56,154 bases of DNA from Malassezia furfur (lineage: Eukaryota). The stretch lies in assembly GCA_052055015.1 (NCBI GenBank), contig JBQJIT010000024.1, one strand, 5' to 3'. This document shows positions 33,247 to 43,305 of the stretch, piece by piece. Under the pieces are notes generated by a model. It saw only the letters and a program-made list of their open reading frames with translations, did not search any database and was not told the DNA's origin. The translations under genes and the position numbers were made by a program. Position 1 is the first letter of the stretch. Each line of letters starts with the position of its first letter.

Positions 33247-36200
33247 ATGGATGAATACAATGCGGGACTAGGGTTTGACCCGGCTGCAAATACAGGCGAT
33301 GTGCGTGAGCTGCCTGCTGGTTTTGACCAGACATGGGCATCGTCGTCTTCTTCGTCGAATAACCAGTTCGATACACTCGAAGCGACACAGGCGCTTCTCG
33401 AGGCGGCGGCGAGCGGCAAAGACTGGCAACCATCACTGGAGTACCTGCCGCAGAACTATGCGCCTATTGATCTCACTGCCGAGGACGACGAGGATCTCGA
33501 TGAGCCCATCCACGTCGAAACGCGCATGGCGCCTGCCGCCACTGCGCCACTGCGGCGGAATGCGTATGTGCCGCCCGCACGGAGCGCGGCAATGCCTCCC
33601 AAGTGGGCGTGCATCGGGATCATCTTCCCCTCGGTGCTGTGCATGTACGGCCTCCCGCCTGAGCTGCAGTTGCAGGGCGTTCCGGGCGAGTTTCCCGAGG
33701 TGGACCCCGAGTGGGAAAGCCTGACGTTCTGGGGCGAGCCCGGGTACCGGCCCGTTGCGATTCACGAGGGTGCAAAGCCCGAGGGCGCCGGCGCGGGCGG
33801 GCAGGGCTTGCTGGCGGGCAACCAGCGGCTCGGCCTGCAAGTCTCGACGCTGCTGCCCGGCTCGGACGACTTGCTGCCGACCGACCCGATGGGCAAACCC
33901 GAGATTCTGAACGAGTTTGGCACGCTGTCGGACAAGTATAGCAAGGTGCTCGAGTACTTCATGGGCCAGGGCCAGGTGATGACCATCTCGCGGTGCAAGC
34001 TCGTGAGCCCGATGAAGGCCCAGGCCTTCACACAGGCGATCGAGACGCTGCTCTTTGTGCCGGAGACGAGCGTCGCGATCGTTGTCGGGGCGCTGACGCG
34101 TGCGGGCATCTTCCTCGAGACCCCCGACGCGTACAACCCAAGCGACTTCCCCGATATGCCCAAGCTGCTCAACGTTGAAGAGATTCAGCCGCGGACGCGC
34201 CCGCGGTCGCGGTTTGCGCCATTTACCTATGCGCACAACACGCCGTACGGCGGCTCGCTCGATACCTACAGCTCGGTCGGCTCGCTGGGTGCACCGCCGA
34301 TGACGAAGGAGATGCTTGAGGAGGAGCAAAAAGCCCAGATCAACTCGGTATACGACAGCCTCAAAGGCAGTGAGAGCCTGGCCGAGACGGAGCCCGGGCC
34401 ACTGATCGCTGCGAAGCTATTCCCCCACCAGAAGCAGGCGTTGACGTTCCTACTGGAGCGCGAGCGCGAGCGGCGGTTCGAAGAGCTGCTGGAGCGCGAC
34501 GCGTCGTCGAGCACGCCCGACCACATCTCGCTGTGGAGCGTCGTGCAGCAAGGCGGGCGGATCCAGCGCTACCAAAACATTGTGACGCAGACCATGATTG
34601 ACCGGCGTCCCGTCGTGTGCCGCGGGGCAATTTTGGCGGACGACATGGGTCTGGGCAAGACGATCACCGTCATTTCGGTCATTGCCAAGACCATGCCCGA
34701 CGCGGCCGCGTTTGGCGCGAGTGAGCTGGAGCCCGATGCGTGGATCGACGACGAGCCGCAGCTTGTGGGCGACTCGCGCAACCGGCGGAGCGCCGAGCAG
34801 GCGCGGCGCGAGGAGCTGCGGTGCCGCAGCCGTGCGACGCTGCTCGTGTGCCCCCTGTCGATCGTGTCCAACTGGGAGTCGCAGATCCGCGAGCACTGGG
34901 ACCCCGAGCGGCAGCCGTCGATCTATGTATACCACGGGAGCGGCCGCCTGAGCGACCCCCATGCGCTCGCCGACCACGATGTGGTGATCACGACCTACTC
35001 CACGCTCGGCTCCGAGTTCTCGAACCAGACGACGTGGGCGGCGGCGGCCGGGCGCAACGACAAGGACGACGAGCTGGTCGAGGTCGATGCGGACGGCGCG
35101 CCGCTCGCCAAGAAGCGGCGCAAGACGGCCGAGGCTCCCAACACGTGCCAGCGGATCGAGTGGTTCCGCATCGTGCTGGACGAGGCGCACATCGTCAAGG
35201 AGTCGCGCACGTGGCAGTCCAAGGCGGTGTGCAACCTGTCCGCGCCGCGGCGCATCTGCCTGACGGGCACGCCAATCCAGAACAAGCTGGACGATTTGTA
35301 CGCGCTGATCCTCTTTTTGCGGCTCGACCCCTTCTCCGACCGCGCGGTGTGGAACCGCTTCTGCCGCGACAAGAAGCACCTCTACCTGAACCAGTCGAAG
35401 AGCAAGGACGACGAGCTGCTCGACCCCACGTCGCTCGTGCGTGTGCAGACCATCATGAAGTTTTTGACGCTGCGCCGCATGAAGACGGACCGGCGCCCCG
35501 ACGGGCAGCTGATTCTGTCGCTGCCGCCGCGCGCGTCGCGCATCGTCAAGATCGCGTTCAGCGAGGCGGAGCGCACCAAGTACCAGCGCCTACACTCGCG
35601 CTTCCGCGAGGAGTTTGAGGAGCACGTCGCAGGCGGCACGGTCGGCACCAACTACGCCACCATCCTGCACGAGATTCTCATCCTGCGCATGATGTGCGAC
35701 TCCGCGGAGCTCGTCGAGGACTCCAAGGACTCGGGGCGCACGCGCTTCGAGATGGAGGACCTGTCGCGCGCCATCCGCGAGGACGGCCTGACACGCCGCC
35801 GCGCGGTCGAGTTCTTCACGCTGCTCAGCGACAGCATGCTCGCGCTGTGCAACTCGTGTGGCGCCGAACTGCCGCCGCTCGGCGCCGCGGCCGACGACGC
35901 GCTCGACGGCGCGCCGCGCAAGAACGACGCGCGGCAGCCGGTCGTGACGCGCTGCCAGCACACCTTCTGCGCGCCGTGCTTCCACGCGCAGGTCGGCTCG
36001 GGGTGGCCCAAGCCCGCCAAGGAGGTGCACCGCGCCTGTCCGTGCTGCGGCACGGACCTCCACCTGATCCTCGACGCCATTGCGCTCGGCCCGGCGGACG
36101 CCGAGCTGGCCGAGAACGGGGGCACGCCGCCGCCCAAGAACGGCTCGCGGCTCCTGGCGGTGCTCGACGAAAAGACCAAGGCGCCACGCAGTCCCGGCGC

Positions 36201-36894
36201 GCTGTTCCTGCCCGACGACCCCGCGTCGTGGCCCGAGACGTGGAGCAGCAAGGTGCGGGCGCTGCTCATGGACCTTGTGCCGTTCGCCAAGGGGAACCCG
36301 GCATCGCAGCTGTACGACCCCGAGGCGCCCGTGCTTGAGCACGTCGCAGTGAGCGCTGGCACGGCCGACACGCCGCCAATCGTCGAGGTGCGCGCGGCGG
36401 CCGATCCGGACGACAAGCAGCGCGCGCCGGTCAAGTCGGTCGTGTTTAGCCAGTGGACGCGCATGCTCGACAAGGTCGGCGGCGCGCTCGACCACGCGGG
36501 CATCCGGCACCGCCAGCTGGACGGGACGATGAGCCGCGCGCAGCGCGAAGAGGCGCTGCATGCGTTCAAGACGGACCCCGGCGTGGAGGTCTTCCTGGTG
36601 TCGTTGCGCGCGGGTGGGTTTGGCTTGAATCTGGTGTCGGCGTGCCGCGCGTACCTCATGGACCCGTACTGGAACCCTGCGGTGGAGAACCAGGGGCTGG
36701 ACCGCATCTACCGCCTGGGCCAGGAACGCCCCGTGATCATGACCAAGTTTATTGTGCAGCAGAGCATCGAGGAGCAGATGCTCGAGCTGCAGCGCCGCAA
36801 GACGGAGCTGGCGAATCGCGTGGGCGCTCGCCGCCTCACGGGCGACGACGCCAAGCGCCAGCGCAACGAGGAACTCAAGTTGCTCTTTTCGTAG
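33247..36894 (+). CDS. SNF2-family helicase/ATPase with inserted RING finger (Rad5/HLTF/Rad16-like)
   Basis: LFPHQKQAL, GAILADDMGLGKT, LDEAH, CLTGTPIQN, RING CNSC...CQHTFCAPC...CPCC, VVFSQW, SLRAGGFGLNL and DPYWNPAVENQGLDRIYRLGQ. Confidence 0.95.
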   Translation: MDEYNAGLGFDPAANTGDVRELPAGFDQTWASSSSSSNNQFDTLEATQALLEAAASGKDWQPSLEYLPQNYAPIDLTAEDDEDLDEPIHVETRMAPAATAPLRRNAYVPPARSAAMPPKWACIGIIFPSVLCMYGLPPELQLQGVPGEFPEVDPEWESLTFWGEPGYRPVAIHEGAKPEGAGAGGQGLLAGNQRLGLQVSTLLPGSDDLLPTDPMGKPEILNEFGTLSDKYSKVLEYFMGQGQVMTISRCKLVSPMKAQAFTQAIETLLFVPETSVAIVVGALTRAGIFLETPDAYNPSDFPDMPKLLNVEEIQPRTRPRSRFAPFTYAHNTPYGGSLDTYSSVGSLGAPPMTKEMLEEEQKAQINSVYDSLKGSESLAETEPGPLIAAKLFPHQKQALTFLLERERERRFEELLERDASSSTPDHISLWSVVQQGGRIQRYQNIVTQTMIDRRPVVCRGAILADDMGLGKTITVISVIAKTMPDAAAFGASELEPDAWIDDEPQLVGDSRNRRSAEQARREELRCRSRATLLVCPLSIVSNWESQIREHWDPERQPSIYVYHGSGRLSDPHALADHDVVITTYSTLGSEFSNQTTWAAAAGRNDKDDELVEVDADGAPLAKKRRKTAEAPNTCQRIEWFRIVLDEAHIVKESRTWQSKAVCNLSAPRRICLTGTPIQNKLDDLYALILFLRLDPFSDRAVWNRFCRDKKHLYLNQSKSKDDELLDPTSLVRVQTIMKFLTLRRMKTDRRPDGQLILSLPPRASRIVKIAFSEAERTKYQRLHSRFREEFEEHVAGGTVGTNYATILHEILILRMMCDSAELVEDSKDSGRTRFEMEDLSRAIREDGLTRRRAVEFFTLLSDSMLALCNSCGAELPPLGAAADDALDGAPRKNDARQPVVTRCQHTFCAPCFHAQVGSGWPKPAKEVHRACPCCGTDLHLILDAIALGPADAELAENGGTPPPKNGSRLLAVLDEKTKAPRSPGALFLPDDPASWPETWSSKVRALLMDLVPFAKGNPASQLYDPEAPVLEHVAVSAGTADTPPIVEVRAAADPDDKQRAPVKSVVFSQWTRMLDKVGGALDHAGIRHRQLDGTMSRAQREEALHAFKTDPGVEVFLVSLRAGGFGLNLVSACRAYLMDPYWNPAVENQGLDRIYRLGQERPVIMTKFIVQQSIEEQMLELQRRKTELANRVGARRLTGDDAKRQRNEELKLLFS

Positions 36895-37613
36895 CTACCG
36901 ACAGATGCGCGGCGCAACGCGTTCTACGTCACGAAACGTGAGGCTCACGCGCCGTTCGCGGGCGAGACTCGCCGCGTCGCACAGCGAAACATCGCGCAGC
37001 GCCGCGCGGTTGGCGACCCGCGCGAGGTCCGCGGCCGTGTCGTGCTCGCGCGGCGCAATCCCGTGCAGATAGCGCGTGTAGGCCGCGCCGTGCGTGATGA
37101 GTAAGCTGCGCGGCTCCTGCAGCAGCGAGAAGCTCGGTGTGCTCGGCGTGGCGTGCTCGGTGCGCTCGTACACGTCGAGCAAGATCGGCGCGCCGAGGCT
37201 AATGGTGGCAACCGCCGGGTAGTACGCGGGCCCGTCGGTGTGCGGCAGAATGCCCTGCCCGGGCAAGTACACGTTCACCAGGCAGTGGTTCGGCGCACCG
37301 TGCCGGCTGTGTGCAAACACACCCGTCGCTGCGATACGTTCCACTAGCGCAGGAAACTCGGTGAGGAACGGCGGGAGCGGCTCGGCGACGAGCGCGCCGG
37401 AGCGCTCGGTGATCTGTCCGCCGTAGTACTGCAGTCGGCGGTGTGCGAGCTGCTTCCACTTGGGCTTGGGCGCGGCGTCGATCTGGGTGAGCGGCACAAA
37501 GGACGCACCTTGCCCAGCAGGTACGCCTCCTCTTCGGGCGTGATAAACTCGGACACGTACTCAAACGCCTCCGCGTCGTCCGCGTCGGCGCCCGGCACCG
37601 GCACACGGACCAT
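36895..37613 (-). CDS. AlkB-family dioxygenase, ALKBH6-like
   Basis: YVSEFITPEEEAYLL, intron 37483-37508, then KWKQLAHRRLQYYGG, PNHCLVNVYLPGQGILPHTDGP, YLHGI and RVSLTFR. Confidence 0.92.
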
Positions 37614-37662
37614 GTGTGCGGGTGGAGGGTGGAGGTCGTGGCACTGTACATCGCGTGCTCGT

Positions 37663-40545
37663 CTACACAAGGCGGTCGCCTACATATCCCATCCGGTCGA
37701 TCTCCATGCTGTGGTGCGTGGGTGCGGACATGCACATCTCGGGAGGCAGCAGCGCCGCAGGCAGCGGCTCGACGCTCTCGGGCGCGTCTTCGGTCATGAG
37801 CGACGCCGAGGTGTCCGGCGACGCATGGTCCGTCGGCCGATCGGCCGCACGGAGCACCTCGGTCATGAACGCCACCTCGTCCTCCTGGATCATGGCGCCA
37901 CGGAAGCGCACGACCATCCGGTCACCCGCACGCGCATCAGACGCAGGCGGCGGCGCATAGTACTTGGACGCCGGCAGCGGGTACGGCGCGCCGTGCTCCG
38001 TCTCCTGACTGAACGCCGGCAGCTGGTCGAGCTCGTCGGCGCGCAGACCGCGGCGCATCATGTCACGCACCACCTGCACCGCGGGGATCTCGAGCAGCTC
38101 CGCAGCGGTCGGGCGCAGGTAGGGTTGCGACGACAGCAGGCCGGTGATGATGCCCTGCATCGCGGGGCTCAGCGTGTCGAGGCGCACATCGGAAAAGTCG
38201 TCGCTGCGCAGCTTGTGCCATGGCTCGCCATTGTCCGGAATCTCGACGCTGCATGCGGCCTCGAGCAGGATTAGGCCGAGCGCAAACAGGTCCGCGGGCT
38301 TGCCGTACTTGGACTCAAAGATGACCTCGGGCGCAATGTATTCGCGGTCGCCTTCGCGCTCCAGCGAGAGCACCTGGCTGCCCTTGCGGTGCTGCCGCGC
38401 GCCACGTCGCCGCGGGCGTTCCGGGACAGGCGCCGGCACATGGTCATCGGACGCACCACCAAACGCAAACGGCGTCGAGGTCGTCGGCACGCCCCACGGT
38501 GCGGGCGCCGCTTGCGACGGCGACGACGGCGGCGTGAAGGAGAGATCGCTGATGCTCTCGCCGTCGCGCGGGAGAAACTTGCGCGTCTCGAGCTGCGCAC
38601 CCGCCAGGATCTCGCGTGCCGTGCATCGCGGCCAGCGCGTCGCCATGCCAAAGTCGGTGATCTTCAGGCTGCCGATCTCGGTGATGAGCACGTTGGCGGG
38701 TTTCAGGTCGAGGTGGAGTACGTTGCTCTTGTGGATAAAGTCGACGCCCGCGGCAAGCTCCGCGAGGATCTTCCAGAGGCGCGCCTCGTCGAGCGGGCCG
38801 ACCTGCCGGCCGTATTCGGCGAGGACAAAGGCGAGCGAGCCGAGCGGGCACAGCTCCGTCTGCAGGAACAAGAACCCGTCCTCTTCCCACGCGCCGAGCA
38901 GCTCCACGACGTTGTCTGCGCCGAAGAAGGGGTCGTGCCACGTGTTGCGCCGCTGGCGCAGCAGGCACAACACATCGACCTCCTCGAGGCGCCGGATGCG
39001 GTCCTTGGGGCCCAGGTACGCACGCTTCATCCGCTTCACCGCCGAGACGCGGCCGGTCACCTTTTCGCGCACGCGCACCACCTCGCTAAACTCACCCTGG
39101 CCCAGCACGGACTCGGTGACGTACTGCTCCTCAAACTGGCTCACGCGCCCGGCATTCCGGTTCCGCGCATGCGCTGGCTCACTCTGGGCCACCGTACTTG
39201 CGCGCGCAGGCGGCGGCGTCTGCAATGTCCCCGCGGGCTCCGAATGCCGCGGGCGCTGCGCCTTGTGCTTGCGTGCTTGTGTACCACCATATGGCTGCGA
39301 CGGCGAACCAGCAGGCGCCGCCTCAAACCACTTGAGGTGTGCCGACGGCTTGCGTGTCGGCGTGATGGGCGTCATCGCCTCGGGCGACGCTTCCCCGAGC
39401 GCCGGCAGCGGACTCGCCTCGGAGCCGTACAGCGAGCCGGTGTGGAGCACAGTGGGGGGCGCGGTGCCCGGGCCCAGGCCCGATGTGTCTCGCGCAGTCG
39501 GCGTGTCGTATGCCGCTGACTCCCACGACAGGCGCGGCGGCGACGCGGTAGGTGCACTGGGACCGCTCCGCGACGCCAGGGGCGACGCAAAGCAATTGTT
39601 TGGCGAGTCCATCGCCCTTACTAGTGATGGCGCCTCGGTCATGGGCGTGTCTTGCAACTCGTCTGTGGGCTGCGGCACGGGCGCCATCGCCACAAACGGA
39701 TTCGGCGCAATGTGCGCATGGCGCGAGCGCCGCACCGGCTGCTCCCGGCGCAGGCTCGGCAGGCTGTAGTCGGCCTCGCACATCGCGGGCCGCGACGGCG
39801 ACTCGGAGTTTTCAAACACGTCGTTTGGGTCCCCTGTCGCGCGCGGCTCATCTAGAAAGGGCAGCGTAGGCGAGGTCACGGGTATCCGCTCGCTGGCCGA
39901 GCGATGGTGTCTGCGAAGGTCGGTGCGCGGTAGGCCCATTCCGAAGCCGTGCGCGGCCGTACGCGCGCGTGGCGCCTCGGTGTTGGGCATGTGGAAGGTG
40001 GCTGAGAAGCTGGTTTTCGGTGGTGTCGGGAACAAGGGCGAACGCGACGGGAAGGCACCTCCCATCGACCGCCCGCGGCGATGAGTACGCGCCGCCGACG
40101 CGGCCTCGGACATGGAAAACGCGGGTTTCATGGGCGTGTCGGGCATCACTGCTTGGCTCTTTTTTGTGAAGCTGCGATCCGCCATTGCGGTCTCGACCAC
40201 CTCACGCAGCGGCCGGCCGTGCAACAAACTGTCGCGACTCGGCATCGCGGGTGGATCGCGCGGCTGGATGGGGCGCAGCACGTCCAAGGACGATGCGCGC
40301 TCCATATCCACGCCTTCCACATTCCCTGTGCCACTGTGTGCGACATCGATCGCGGATTTCACGTTGGGCATCATGCTCCGCCGCCGTTTGGAGACGAGGC
40401 CATTCGACGTAAACGCGGTTTGCAGGGGTCGCACGTTCCGGAACGTCTCGGATGTATTGGGAGTTGCTGATACCTGGGTATGTGCGGGTACGAGGAAACG
40501 GTCGCCTCCCATATGCGCCGCGGGCGGCGTCGCGGCACGGTCCAT
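37663..40545 (-). CDS. WEE1: Wee1/Swe1/Myt1-family protein kinase
   Basis: LGQGEFSEV, AVK, LEEV, HLDLKPANVLI, DFG, EGDREYIAPE and IPDNGEPWHKLRSDDFSD, with a long TP/SP-rich N-terminus. Confidence 0.92.
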   Translation of the reverse strand: MDRAATPPAAHMGGDRFLVPAHTQVSATPNTSETFRNVRPLQTAFTSNGLVSKRRRSMMPNVKSAIDVAHSGTGNVEGVDMERASSLDVLRPIQPRDPPAMPSRDSLLHGRPLREVVETAMADRSFTKKSQAVMPDTPMKPAFSMSEAASAARTHRRGRSMGGAFPSRSPLFPTPPKTSFSATFHMPNTEAPRARTAAHGFGMGLPRTDLRRHHRSASERIPVTSPTLPFLDEPRATGDPNDVFENSESPSRPAMCEADYSLPSLRREQPVRRSRHAHIAPNPFVAMAPVPQPTDELQDTPMTEAPSLVRAMDSPNNCFASPLASRSGPSAPTASPPRLSWESAAYDTPTARDTSGLGPGTAPPTVLHTGSLYGSEASPLPALGEASPEAMTPITPTRKPSAHLKWFEAAPAGSPSQPYGGTQARKHKAQRPRHSEPAGTLQTPPPARASTVAQSEPAHARNRNAGRVSQFEEQYVTESVLGQGEFSEVVRVREKVTGRVSAVKRMKRAYLGPKDRIRRLEEVDVLCLLRQRRNTWHDPFFGADNVVELLGAWEEDGFLFLQTELCPLGSLAFVLAEYGRQVGPLDEARLWKILAELAAGVDFIHKSNVLHLDLKPANVLITEIGSLKITDFGMATRWPRCTAREILAGAQLETRKFLPRDGESISDLSFTPPSSPSQAAPAPWGVPTTSTPFAFGGASDDHVPAPVPERPRRRGARQHRKGSQVLSLEREGDREYIAPEVIFESKYGKPADLFALGLILLEAACSVEIPDNGEPWHKLRSDDFSDVRLDTLSPAMQGIITGLLSSQPYLRPTAAELLEIPAVQVVRDMMRRGLRADELDQLPAFSQETEHGAPYPLPASKYYAPPPASDARAGDRMVVRFRGAMIQEDEVAFMTEVLRAADRPTDHASPDTSASLMTEDAPESVEPLPAALLPPEMCMSAPTHHSMEIDRMGYVGDRLV

Positions 40546-40717
40546 CTCGTGCGAACAGCGCACGGGTGGATGGCTGGAGCGAAACGCGTGTCCCGCGCAC
40601 GACGCGCTCGACGCGTGCCCGCGTGCACGAAAACATGCCTTAGGTAAGATTAGGTCAGCACCCCCTTGGAAGTAGGCGTGGGGCGCCGCAACGCCGAGAG
40701 ATCAACACTGCGCCCGC

Positions 40718-42545
40718 ATGTCGCACCCTGAGCAGCCCCCCGCGGAGGTGTCCCCGCCCGCAGACACCCGGGAGCCCACTTCTGAGGAGAATAAGAACGA
40801 AACGAAACCGCAGCAACCGCCTCCCACGCCAGAATCGATCATTGCTTCGCTGCCATGGCCGTTTGGCGAAGAAATGGGACCTTACCAGCTGCACACCGAA
40901 AATTTCCGCTGGCACGAAGCCGAGCCGGGCACGTACACGCGGGGGCTCTGGGGCGGCGAAATGTACCAGGAACGTAGGTCTGGTACCACAGGACGGTACG
41001 TTGGACTCGTGCTCACCCAGTGCGGACGACATGATTACTGGTACGCTCGTGCGTCTTCCGGCAGCGCTTGACCGCAACCGGTTCGTGGAGCTGCTCCGCC
41101 TGGCGACCATGCGTCTCCGCTTTGACTTCCCCATTCTTGCTACGACCATTGAGCTTGGACGCATCCCCATTCCTATGCTTCCTTCTCTGGTGTACCGCAC
41201 GACTGATTATGCCGGCGTTGAGGCCTGGTCAAAGGAGGCCTTCGTTGTGCACAGCCCACAGACCGATGAGGAGAAGCAGCAGTCTCTTGAGGAACGCACA
41301 GAGCTCATTCGCAAGCGCCTCGCACTCGAGCAACTCGACGTACAAAAGTGTGCCAAGGTCACGCATGTCGTCCTCAGCGGACGCAGCAACGAAGTCGCCA
41401 TCCTGATCTACTGCGCGCATGCCATCTCGGATGCGCAGACCGAGCTCTTGGTCGTGCGCAAAGCGTTTGAGTACATTGACGCATTCCTCGAGGCGCCCTA
41501 TCCGGTGCCCGAGTCGCATTCTTTGCACCCTTCGCAACTGCCGTGGGGCGAAGAGGTGGTGCGCCTTCCGCCCTGCCTGCACGAACTGTATGGGGTTGAG
41601 ATTGATGCATTCAATCGCGAAAAAGCCACTGAACATGCTAACAAAATTATGCGCGCACACTCGCTCCGCCTTGACGTGGGCCGCCCCCCCAGCGAGGGTC
41701 TTTGCAACACGCACCATACCACTGTGACGCTGAGCGAGGAGGAGAGTAGCTCTGTATACCGAGCGGTCAAGTCCAAGGGCTGGACGATCACCCAGGCCGT
41801 GGATGCGGCTCGGCACATGGCTTACATGGAAATGCGCCGTGAGTACATCGAGAAGAAGCGCAAAGAGCCCATCCCAGAGGCACTGCACACCAACTTTTTG
41901 ATGCCCATGGACGGCCGCACCCGTTTCAAGGGGGAATGGGAAGGTAAGGAGTTTGCAGGGAACGCTACATCCGGCTTCGTTACCATCCTCCCGCTGCGAG
42001 ACCCCTATTTTACGCCTGCAGAAGCCGAGCGCCGTTTCTACTTTTGGCGCAAGACACGCGATCTTGACCAAGTGCGCGTCTTTTGCAAAGTTACCGACAA
42101 ACTCGCGCATATGTATCGCGAGGCGAGCGGTCAGCTCACCGAGTCCACGGCGGGCATGACCCCGCTCTTGATGCTGGGCAAGGTCATGAGCCCCGAGTAT
42201 CCCCCGGCGGACCTCGCACCCGAGGGATTCAGCTCGGTGGGTGTGCTGGAACGTACTTTGCCGAACGAATTCCCACTGAAGGGATACGACGAGCCGATTC
42301 ACATTACGGAATGGTTTGTTGGACTCACCATGTCGCGTCACATCTTCAGCTTGCAGTTCTCCATGCATGTTTGGTCGTTCCGGGGCGAAATTCACCTCTC
42401 TGTCATCCACACAGACCACTTCTCCCAGGAGTACACACGCAAATTTTTGGAGGTCATCAAGACGACACTGCTGCTGTTTGCCGAAGCGTATGATCCTCTC
42501 GCACCCGAGCCATCGCACTTCATGGACAGATGTGTCTGCATGTGA
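40718..42545 (+). CDS. CoA-dependent acyltransferase (HxxxD; Tri3/alcohol-acetyltransferase-like) with a C-terminal CaaX
   Basis: Two ORFs joined by intron 40996-41020 (GTACGT...GCTCACCCAG). Motifs FRW...GTYTR...GGE, LRFDFPILA, CAHAISDA and SSVGV; ends CVCM-stop. Confidence 0.75.
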
Positions 42546-42548
42546 GCT

Positions 42549-43272
42549 TCACCCTAGCAGTTCGTCGAGATAGTCTTGCATAGACTGTTGCTGCTGCGTT
42601 GTTTTGGGCGCTGCAGTCCTTGACTGGGATGGTGAATCCACAGAAGAGAGGAATTCATCCACATCCAAGGCATCTTTGCTGGTGTCCGACGGCTGTGGCC
42701 GTGTTGGTGCCGCGGGCTTGGCGCTCGAAAGAGACGTTGCACCGGTTCGTCGCCTCCAGGCGGCGGCGCCGGTCTTTTGGGTCGTGCCCGAGCCCAGGCG
42801 CGCTTTCAGTGCTGCATTAGCGTGAATGTACCTACATCGGGCTTCTTCGGCTGCATCCTTCTCTTTTAGCATTGCCAACAGCTCGTCGGAGGACATAGGC
42901 GGCGGCGCAGGACCGTCCTCTGGCTCCGGTTCCTCTTCGTCAGAAGCCAGGGCAAACTGTGGCTTAGCATTTACGTCAAGCGCTTTGATTTTGGCATTGA
43001 GCTTGCTCAAGTCCACTTCAGGTTCTGGCTCAACTTCTGGGTCAGTTGTGCAACATGCCTTCGTAGGGGTCGACTTCTTCCTCTTTGTAACGCCAGGCGT
43101 TGTCTTTCATCTTGGGACGACGCCGGTAGTCATTACCCTCGTCGTGGCTCTCGGACCCCTCGGACTCGGAAGTATCTTGCGCCTTTTCCGTCTCATTCTT
43201 GTTCATCGGAATTCCCTTCTTGGCCTTGTAGCGCCGTGACGCGCGCGCCTTGTATTTGTTCTGTAGCACCAT
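42549..43272 (-). CDS. Conserved-looking hypothetical protein (basic N-terminus, YRRR..NAWRY motif, acidic YLDELLG C-terminus)
   Basis: Two ORFs joined in frame by a 22-nt GC-AG intron 43037-43058 (GCATGT...ACTGACCCAG). Confidence 0.72.
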
Positions 43273-43305
43273 TGCGGTGGACTGTGCGGTCTACCTCCAC
43301 TTACC

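Noticed and set aside
38144..39769. 541-aa + strand ORF
   Set aside because: Antisense to WEE1. Its Ser/Arg/Ala-rich composition is typical of shadow frames.
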